64,000 nucleotides of DNA from a virus, in the IMG/VR virus record IMGVR_UViG_3300045988_159790. One strand, written 5' to 3'. Below, piece after piece: positions 6,584 through 13,136 of this stretch (position 1 is its first letter; every line of letters starts with the position of its first letter). A program made the translations under genes and the position numbers. The notes under the pieces were generated by a model. The model made no database searches. It was given only the letters and a program-made list of their open reading frames with translations, and had not been told where the DNA came from.

Positions 6584-6652
6584 GATTTGAAAAGTTTAAA
6601 TAACTAGTCAAATAGGCAAAATGCGACACGCTTTATGGGAGGAAGCGTGCCG
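6584..6652 (+). repeat. conserved ~70-bp element with hairpin whose loop is UAUGGGAGG (copy A)
   Basis: gatttgaaaagtttaaataactagtcaaataggcaaaatgcgacacgctttatgggaggaagcgtgccg; stem cacgctt/aagcgtg. Confidence 0.5.
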
Positions 6653-6660
6653 TTCAAAAT

Positions 6661-6780
6661 AACTAACCAAAGTTAGTCAAGCCTAACAATAGTTAGACTA
6701 AACTAATTAGATTTCGGGAAGACTAACTAGAGTTAGTTTGAATTAACAAGCATTAAGCTTGACTAACTCAAGTTAGTCTT
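6661..6780. repeat. second cluster of four CTAAC(T)-N-(A)GTTAG palindromes including one full iteron copy (gactaactagagttagtttgaattaacaag)
   Basis: actaac-caaa-gttagt, ctaac-aata-gttag, gactaact-ag-agttag, gactaact-ca-agttagtc. Confidence 0.65.
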
Positions 6781-6790
6781 TCCTAAACTA

Positions 6791-6823
6791 GATGAGTGCG
6801 GATTAGCGGTTTCCGCACTCATC
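6791..6823. repeat. perfect inverted repeat with 11-12 bp arms (GATGAGTGCGG ... CCGCACTCATC)
   Basis: Read from sequence; no adjacent T-run on either strand. Confidence 0.6.
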
Positions 6824-6979
6824 TAATAGACTAGACATGAAGCCGATGATGAACTCCATAAGACTAAGAAGTTCGTCATCAGATATGACTATGTGCGTAA
6901 GCACAAAGTCAACTTTCTGATTGACTTCTGTGACAGTGGAGCATTGCTCCACCATCACTATAGCTTCTAAAAAACTCAT
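6803..6979 (-). CDS. small hypothetical protein (58 aa, MSFLEAIVMVEQCSTVTEV...), not in ORF track
   Basis: Strong RBS GGGGAGGTGG; ATG overlaps the TGA of upstream gene 6976..7461 in ATGA arrangement (translational coupling); stop codon lies in loop of perfect 12-bp-arm palindrome 6791-6823. Confidence 0.45.
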   Translation of the reverse strand: MSFLEAIVMVEQCSTVTEVNQKVDFVLTHIVISDDELLSLMEFIIGFMSSLLDECGNR

Positions 6980-7461
6980 TCTACCACCTCCCCAGTTTTT
7001 TCATTTACTAAGCTACATCTAAGACCTAGTATTTTGCAAGCTTTAGCTGTATTATAGAATACTGATAATGCTGTGCCATAACTTTCAATCCCTGTAAAGA
7101 TTGGAGTGTTGCCATTATAAACTCCGTAGGTTACTTCCTGGAGTTCAAACTCCGCGATTGCGGAGTTTACTTGATTCTGCATTTCCTTAAGTAATGCTCC
7201 ACCGAAAAGCTCCTGAAGCTGATTGCCTTGAGTGAGACAGTCAAGTTCCATCTCTAACTTTGCCCAACACTCTGCTGAATCCTCATAAATAAACCCCTTG
7301 AGGATTATCTTGCAATCTACAGCATTAACTACACTGTGGATTGTATTGATTATCATAAGAGCATTATCTGCTACTGTATCAACACAGAGCCAGTTGCCCT
7401 CTTTAACTTCTTTACCTATTATTGACCTCATTGTTGCAATCAGCTTGTTTCCTTTTATCAT
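6976..7461 (-). CDS. hypothetical protein (ORF track start 7491 is TTG; ATG at 7461 with GGAAAGAGGT RBS preferred)
   Basis: ORF, RBS-supported internal ATG (MIKGNKL...). Confidence 0.5.
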   Translation of the reverse strand: MIKGNKLIATMRSIIGKEVKEGNWLCVDTVADNALMIINTIHSVVNAVDCKIILKGFIYEDSAECWAKLEMELDCLTQGNQLQELFGGALLKEMQNQVNSAIAEFELQEVTYGVYNGNTPIFTGIESYGTALSVFYNTAKACKILGLRCSLVNEKTGEVVE

Positions 7462-7573
7462 AATATACCTCTTTCCGCCCTTGCTTCTCAAGGGCTATCT
7501 AATTTATTTTGCCGCCATTGCCTTGCGACACCATTATAGTACACCCACCGCGCACTCATTGCAATATGCAAAA

Positions 7574-7603
7574 TGCACAAAGTTTGACAGATGTTTTTGT
7601 GCA
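7574..7603. promoter_or_regulatory. operator-like inverted repeat TGCACAAAG-N-TTTGTGCA (third copy, outside a full cassette)
   Basis: Preceded by same ATTGCAATA context as copies 1 and 4. Confidence 0.4.
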
Positions 7604-7741
7604 ATTTGTACAAAAGAGAATGCACCAAGATGGAAGTACCGAACATTTGTTCACCGCTTTAGTCAGCTCCGAGAATAGTTTAGTTTTTTAGACGCATGAG
7701 TTGTGGGAATTTTTATTTGACTACTTGATTAGACTTTTAGA

Positions 7742-7810
7742 ATTTGAAATGTTTAAATGACTAGAAATATAGTAAAATGCGGAGCGCTTTATGGGAGGAA
7801 GCGCGCCGAT
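7742..7810 (+). repeat. conserved ~70-bp element copy B with compensatory stem change (gcgctt/aagcgc)
   Basis: aatttgaaatgtttaaatgactagaaatatagtaaaatgcggagcgctttatgggaggaagcgcgccg. Confidence 0.5.
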
Positions 7811-7987
7811 GATTTGAAAATGTACGGGACTACAGTCTCAGTGTATGCTGATTATTTTTTGATAAAACTACAGACCATACATAAAAGGTGGTCATCAGTT
7901 TAAAATAAAAAAATTTTCTCTTTTTACCCGGGGATATATTATGGGAAAATGAAAAATTAATTCGATGAAATCATATTTAGCTGGTAC

Positions 7988-8050
7988 ATTCACACACCCC
8001 AAATTTTTTGAAATTTAAAAAACGATTCACACACCAAAAATTTTTTCGTT
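7988..8050. repeat. direct repeat ATTCACACACC(C/A)AAAATTTTTT x2 (37-bp period)
   Basis: Read from sequence. Confidence 0.5.
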
Positions 8051-8065
8051 TTTTAAAATACGAGA

Positions 8066-8371
8066 TTAATTCCGAACAACTCTTCCATGTTTCCCTGTTT
8101 GCTTATATGCCATAAACAGATTATTTAATTTAGTATTATTTCCATCCCCTAAGTTAATTAATAGGAAATCACAATTTTTTATAATATCTGAAGTTTCCGC
8201 ATTTTTTATATAGCGGGTCGGCGCGCCAACCGAATCAGCCCATTTTGCGGCAATGCTATCTTTATTTGTTACTAGCATATAAAATAAATAGCATTGACTT
8301 TCCGCAATTAACTTCTGCATTTCCGCATCAATATCTTCAATTTTATTAAAACCAATCGCCGCGACTATCAT
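8066..8371 (-). CDS. hypothetical protein, first gene of leftward arm at the divergent promoter region
   Basis: 101 aa ORF, RBS AAAGGAGTG, minus-strand TTGAAA-17-TATAAT promoter 8394-8422. Confidence 0.5.
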   Translation of the reverse strand: MIVAAIGFNKIEDIDAEMQKLIAESQCYLFYMLVTNKDSIAAKWADSVGAPTRYIKNAETSDIIKNCDFLLINLGDGNNTKLNNLFMAYKQTGKHGRVVRN

Positions 8372-8393
8372 TTTTATTCACTCCTTTATAATA

Positions 8394-8422
8394 ATTATAT
8401 CAAAAATTTTTTTTCTTTTCAA
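8394..8422 (-). promoter_or_regulatory. minus-strand promoter TTGAAA-17-TATAAT for 8066..8371
   Basis: Read from rc; divergent from plus promoter 8440-8468. Confidence 0.55.
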
Positions 8423-8439
8423 ATTATCTACTTTTGTCC

Positions 8440-8468
8440 TTGACTTGTGAAAATTTTTTTGGTATAAT
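8440..8468 (+). promoter_or_regulatory. promoter TTGACT-17-TATAAT for rightward late/structural operon
   Basis: Read from sequence. Confidence 0.65.
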
Positions 8469-8499
8469 TATTATAAGAATAAGAAATAAGGAGAGACTA

Positions 8500-9582
8500 A
8501 TGGAGCAACAAAAAGAAAATAGTGATTATATTAAAATGGATTTTAATATTGAATCACCTGCGGAAAGAGTAGAGAAAGTAAAAGAAATTATTGCCAACAC
8601 TCCTCCTGAAAGATTAACTCATTCTTACTTAGAGAAATTAAGTAATTACATAATTTTTGCTATGGATAAAGAAGAAAGAAAACAAAACAAAATCTTAACA
8701 GATAACCATATGCAAACAGTAAATGTAAGAGAGACATCTTTTGAAGGACTTGTAGGTAGATTAGAAAATGGTGAAGATGGTATATATAATATGATTGCGA
8801 ATGACAAAAATATTATATTTAAACCAAAATTTGAAATTACAGACGCGGATATCGCGGAAATGCCTGAGCTAAGAGAACTCCGCAAGGGCATAGAAGAATT
8901 AAAAGAACAGTTAAAAACAGCAAGAGGCAAAAAAGCATATCAAATAAAAAAACATATCATAGAAGCAAGTCAAGACCAGTATGTAATAAAAAATTCTTAT
9001 AAAAAACCTATCTATTGTATAAATCCCCTTAAAAGTGTAGCAAAATTAGATTTAGATGAACATGTAACTGTTGATGAAAATGATGAAATTCATACTGATG
9101 GTATTTTAAGTTTACTCGTGCCGCGACATATTTGCGCGGTATTATGTAATTATGAAAAATTAAGAATTCAAACTTGGGATAAGTTAAATAGTGATGTTAA
9201 ATGGTTTCTTGTAGACTTAGATAATCTTATAGATGAAACTTTAAAATATGATTATCCAATATATTATGATATCACTCTCTTGAAAATTCGCGGCTACCAG
9301 AATACAGAAATTCAAGAGTATTTAGAAATAAAATATAATGTAAATCACTCTGTTGAATATATTTCTTCTCTTTGGAGAAATAAAATACCAAAATTACTTG
9401 CGGAAAAGGCACAAGAGAAATGGTTAGTTTGGTATTATACTAACAAAGCAGAAGGAAAATGGAAAAAATGTTCAAGATGTGGGCAAATTAAGTTAGCTAG
9501 TAATAGATTCTTTTCAAAAAATAATACAAGCAAAGACCATTTTTACAGTATATGTAAATGTTGCAGAAATAAAAGAAAATAA
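8500..9582 (+). CDS. hypothetical protein with C-terminal Cys4 zinc ribbon; first gene of rightward late operon
   Basis: ATG 8500 with AAGGAGA RBS (ORF track start 8434 lies inside promoter); CSRCGQ...CKCCRNK. Confidence 0.6.
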   Translation: MEQQKENSDYIKMDFNIESPAERVEKVKEIIANTPPERLTHSYLEKLSNYIIFAMDKEERKQNKILTDNHMQTVNVRETSFEGLVGRLENGEDGIYNMIANDKNIIFKPKFEITDADIAEMPELRELRKGIEELKEQLKTARGKKAYQIKKHIIEASQDQYVIKNSYKKPIYCINPLKSVAKLDLDEHVTVDENDEIHTDGILSLLVPRHICAVLCNYEKLRIQTWDKLNSDVKWFLVDLDNLIDETLKYDYPIYYDITLLKIRGYQNTEIQEYLEIKYNVNHSVEYISSLWRNKIPKLLAEKAQEKWLVWYYTNKAEGKWKKCSRCGQIKLASNRFFSKNNTSKDHFYSICKCCRNKRK

Positions 9583-9600
9583 TATAAAGGAGCTGACAAA

Positions 9601-10893
9601 ATGGGCGCACAAGAAGTAGAACCAGGGAAGTATTACTGTGAGAAATGTCGTAAGACAATGGGCGCAGTACAATTCTTTACCTATAAAGATGGTAGTAAAA
9701 GTGAATTATGCAAACAATGCTTAACTATGCATATTAATAATTGGGAGCCAGAAACATTCAAATGGCTATTGGAGAAATTTGATGTTCCATACCTTCCTTG
9801 GGAATGGGATAAAATTAGAGATAAACAATACGCGAAAGACCCTTATAAAATGACTGGAAATAGTGTTTTTGGTCGTTATCTCGCAAAAATGAAATTAAAT
9901 CAATGGAATAAATATCATTGGTCTGATACTGAGCGGCTGGTGCGGGAAGCAGATGAACTTGCTAATAGAGCGGCAGCGGCAAAAGAAGAAGATGAGAAAC
10001 TTGAAAATATGCGGAAACTCGCGGATGAGGGCGCAATTAGTGAATCTCAATATCAAACTTATGCGGAAACGCAGATTGAGAAACCTATACCTAAGTCAGA
10101 GAGTTTACCCAACCCATATGAAAATGGACAAGCTAATCCGGCATATCGAGCTGCTGCGCGAGCATCAGTTTATCCTGTAAATAATAATCCATTTGAAGAA
10201 ATTGATTTACCAGATGTAGGAAATGATTTAACACAAGAAGATAAGATTTATTTAGCCACAAAATGGGGTAGATTTTATTCCGCAGAAGAATGGGTAACTT
10301 TGGAAAAGAAATATAATGATTTTACAAATTCCTTTGATATACACTCTGCGGCGACAATAGATACTTTAATTTTTATCTGTAAGACTTCATTAAAAATGAA
10401 TCAGGCTCTTGATAGTGGAGATATTGAGTCTTATCAAAAATTATCAAGAGTTTATGATGCACAGATGAAAGCTGCGAAGTTTACAGAAGCACAGAACAAA
10501 GAAGATAAAAGTAATGATTTTGATGCTATTGGTTGCATAGTAGAATTCTGTGAAAAAGAGGGAGGATTTATTCCAAGATTTTATACAGAAACTCCGCAAG
10601 ATAAAGTTGATGTTGTTATTGCGGATGAGAAATCTTATGTTAAATCTCTTGTTGATGGCGATTCTGGATTAGCACAACAGATAGAACAGTATCTTAAAAA
10701 GCGTGAAATCCTTGAAGAACAGAAGAGAAATAAAGAAAAAGCAAAATTAGAAGGCAAAGAACAAATTGAATTAACAGATAAAGATATCCAAGAATATATG
10801 GAACATCAACAAAGAGAAAAAGAAAAAGATATTATTGCGGAAGATGATAATGAAGATAATTTTGGAAGCCTCTTTAGTGTGGAGGTTGAGTAA
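9601..10893 (+). CDS. hypothetical protein with N-terminal Cys4 zinc ribbon; possible small terminase/packaging protein by position
   Basis: RBS AAAGGAG; CEKCRK...CKQC; immediately precedes terminase large subunit with TAATG overlap. Confidence 0.55.
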   Translation: MGAQEVEPGKYYCEKCRKTMGAVQFFTYKDGSKSELCKQCLTMHINNWEPETFKWLLEKFDVPYLPWEWDKIRDKQYAKDPYKMTGNSVFGRYLAKMKLNQWNKYHWSDTERLVREADELANRAAAAKEEDEKLENMRKLADEGAISESQYQTYAETQIEKPIPKSESLPNPYENGQANPAYRAAARASVYPVNNNPFEEIDLPDVGNDLTQEDKIYLATKWGRFYSAEEWVTLEKKYNDFTNSFDIHSAATIDTLIFICKTSLKMNQALDSGDIESYQKLSRVYDAQMKAAKFTEAQNKEDKSNDFDAIGCIVEFCEKEGGFIPRFYTETPQDKVDVVIADEKSYVKSLVDGDSGLAQQIEQYLKKREILEEQKRNKEKAKLEGKEQIELTDKDIQEYMEHQQREKEKDIIAEDDNEDNFGSLFSVEVE

Positions 10894-12635
10894 TGAGTTT
10901 ACAAAGTATATTAGACCTTTCCGCGGAAAGAGATAATAAAAAGGTAGGCTGTTCAGAAGAAAGACTAAGAGAATGTCTTCCTGAATTAAGAAAAGCTATT
11001 GCTTTTTATCGTGAATATCCAGATATTTTTGTTGATGATATTAAAGGACCAGATTGTAATTTCCAATTTTATTTTTATCAGAGAGTCTTTTTAAGGTCAG
11101 TTATGCGGCATCGTCGAGTCTATGCAGTATTTCCTCGTGCTTACAGTAAATCATTTTTAACTATGATGGCTTTAATGTTGCGTGCAATTCTTTATCCAGG
11201 TGCAGCATTATTTGTAACTACAGGTGGAAAAGAGCAAGCTGCAAGTATTACAATCGCAAAGATTGAAGAAATTTGTCGACTTATTCCCGCATTAAACAAA
11301 GAAATCAATTGGGACAGAGGAGCCTCAAAAAAATCAAAAGATAATGTAAAATATATCTTTAAAAACGGTTCTACTATTGATATTCTTGCGGCAAGGGAAT
11401 CATCCAGAGGTCAGCGTCGTACAGGTGGAGCAATGGAAGAGTGTGTACTTATTGACGGAACTGCTTTAAATGAAATCATTATTCCAACTACAAATGTCGA
11501 TAGACGACTTGCGGATGGTAGTAGAGACCCTAAAGAAACAGTAAATAAAAGTCAAGTATATATTACAACTGCAGGATGGAAGAATTCATTTGCATATGAA
11601 CACCTTATTGAGATGTTGATTGATTCAATTTTAGACCCTGGTGAAGTAATGATATTAGGTGGAACATATGAAGTTCCAGTTGAAGCTGGTCTGTTGAGTG
11701 AAGATTTTGTAGACCAGTTAAAATTACAAGGTACATTCAACGATGCTTCATTTGATAGAGAATATCGAAGTATTTGGTCAGGAGACGCGGAAAATGCATT
11801 CTTCTCAAATGAATTATTTGATAAATATCGTCAGTTACTTCAGCCAGAATATGAATTTAGTTCAAGAAGTTCAAAAAACGCATATTATATACTATCAGTC
11901 GATGTAGGTCGTTTTGGTTGTACAACTGAGGTTATGGTTATAAAGGTAACGCCGCAAGTGCAAGGAACAGCATTGAAGACTCTTGTTAATATTTACAGTT
12001 ATGATGAAGAACATTTCGGAGTTCAAGCTATAAATATAAAGAAACTTTATTACAAGTATCGTGCAAGAACCGTGGTTATAGATGCTAATGGTTTAGGTGC
12101 TGGACTTGTGGATTTTATGATAATAGGTCAAGAAGACCCGAAAACAGGAGAATATTATCCACCTTTTGGAGTTGAAGGCGGAACTTTTGATGATTGGTAT
12201 GACCAATATAAGAAATTTAAAACTGATGATATGGTTAGAGATGCAATGTATTTAATTAAAGCGAATGCACCAATTAATACTGAAGCACATAGCTATTGTC
12301 AAACTCAAATATCTAGTGGGAAAATTAAATTTTTAATTGATGAAAGAGATGCAAAAATAAAGTTAATGTCTACAAAAGTTGGTCAAGAAATGACTCCAGA
12401 ACAACGTGCGGAAAGGCTGATACCATTCACTTTAACCACGATATTGAAGGAACAGATGTTAAATCTAGTGGAAGAGAATGAGGGCGTAAATATTATTCTT
12501 AAGCAAGCTAATAGAGGAATTAAGAAAGATAAGTTTTCTGCTTTCGAGTATGGATTATATTATATAAAGCAGCAAGAAGATAGGAAAAAAGATAGACATA
12601 GTAGAGATGTTTCAAAAATGATGTTTTTCAGTTAA
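10893..12635 (+). CDS. terminase large subunit
   Basis: 580 aa; N-terminal ATPase region with deviant Walker A-like VFPRAYSKSF, C-terminal acidic nuclease-like region (VVIDANGLGAGLVDF); position before portal; terminator 12640-12676 after. Confidence 0.7.
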   Translation: MSLQSILDLSAERDNKKVGCSEERLRECLPELRKAIAFYREYPDIFVDDIKGPDCNFQFYFYQRVFLRSVMRHRRVYAVFPRAYSKSFLTMMALMLRAILYPGAALFVTTGGKEQAASITIAKIEEICRLIPALNKEINWDRGASKKSKDNVKYIFKNGSTIDILAARESSRGQRRTGGAMEECVLIDGTALNEIIIPTTNVDRRLADGSRDPKETVNKSQVYITTAGWKNSFAYEHLIEMLIDSILDPGEVMILGGTYEVPVEAGLLSEDFVDQLKLQGTFNDASFDREYRSIWSGDAENAFFSNELFDKYRQLLQPEYEFSSRSSKNAYYILSVDVGRFGCTTEVMVIKVTPQVQGTALKTLVNIYSYDEEHFGVQAINIKKLYYKYRARTVVIDANGLGAGLVDFMIIGQEDPKTGEYYPPFGVEGGTFDDWYDQYKKFKTDDMVRDAMYLIKANAPINTEAHSYCQTQISSGKIKFLIDERDAKIKLMSTKVGQEMTPEQRAERLIPFTLTTILKEQMLNLVEENEGVNIILKQANRGIKKDKFSAFEYGLYYIKQQEDRKKDRHSRDVSKMMFFS

Positions 12636-12639
12636 AAAA

Positions 12640-12676
12640 TGCGGGCAGATTTATATAATTTGCCCGTACTTATTTT
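12640..12676 (+). terminator. intrinsic terminator after terminase gene
   Basis: GCGGGCAGA...TTGCCCGT imperfect hairpin + TTATTTTT. Confidence 0.5.
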
Positions 12677-12728
12677 TAATTAATATAGTAAGGATTACAT
12701 CATTGTACACATTGTGGAGGTGAGTAAT

Positions 12729-13085
12729 TTGAGAAGTTCTCGCGGAGAAATAAAAATTGAAGAAATTTTAACAATGGCAAATTTACCTTTTCAGGAAGAA
12801 TATAGCTTTCCAGATTTAGTAAGTTCAAGTGGAAGACCATTACGTTTTGACTTCTGTGTATTTGATGACAATGGAGATATAGATTTCTTAATCGAGTATC
12901 AAGGTATTCAACACTACGAGGCCAAGTCGAAATTTGGAGGTACTAAAGGGTTATATCGCCAGCAATATAATGATAAGATGAAAAGAATTTATTGTCAGCA
13001 ACATAATTATACTTTAGTTATTATTCCTTATTGGGAAGAGGGATTAGTAGATTATGATTATTTATTAAAAGCCGCAGGTTATTGA
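12729..13085 (+). CDS. PD-(D/E)XK endonuclease, DUF559/Vsr-like (free-standing homing-endonuclease-like)
   Basis: RFDFCVFDD...IEYQGIQHYE resembles DUF559 ...DF..IE.DG.QH core; TTG start 12729 with GGAGGTGAG RBS (ORF track GTG 12714 overlaps the RBS). Confidence 0.55.
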   Translation: MRSSRGEIKIEEILTMANLPFQEEYSFPDLVSSSGRPLRFDFCVFDDNGDIDFLIEYQGIQHYEAKSKFGGTKGLYRQQYNDKMKRIYCQQHNYTLVIIPYWEEGLVDYDYLLKAAGY

Positions 13086-13110
13086 CTTTTAACGAAAAAT
13101 TTGATATAAT
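13082..13110 (+). promoter_or_regulatory. internal promoter TTGACT-17-TATAAT upstream of portal gene
   Basis: Read from sequence. Confidence 0.6.
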
Positions 13111-13136
13111 AAGAAAGTAAAGGGGGCGAAAGATTA

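Noticed and set aside
6630-6672. Tiny ORFs starting at the ATG in the UAUGGGAGG hairpin loop (MGGSVPFKITNQS; MGGSAPMI)
   Set aside because: Only 9-13 codons, start codon is inside a conserved hairpin loop and the two copies' reading frames are not conserved; more likely a structured RNA/DNA element.
7298-7691. Plus-strand ORFs 7298..7678 and 7509..7691
   Set aside because: No RBS, overlap minus-strand gene 6976..7461 and the operator-like palindrome region; low-complexity hydrophobic translation typical of AT-rich antisense frames.
8434-8499. ORF-track start of first late gene at 8434
   Set aside because: That start lies inside the TTGACT-17-TATAAT promoter; ATG 8500 has a proper AAGGAGA RBS.
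12714-12728. GTG start at 12714 for the endonuclease gene
   Set aside because: It overlaps the GGAGGTGAG Shine-Dalgarno; TTG at 12729 is correctly spaced.
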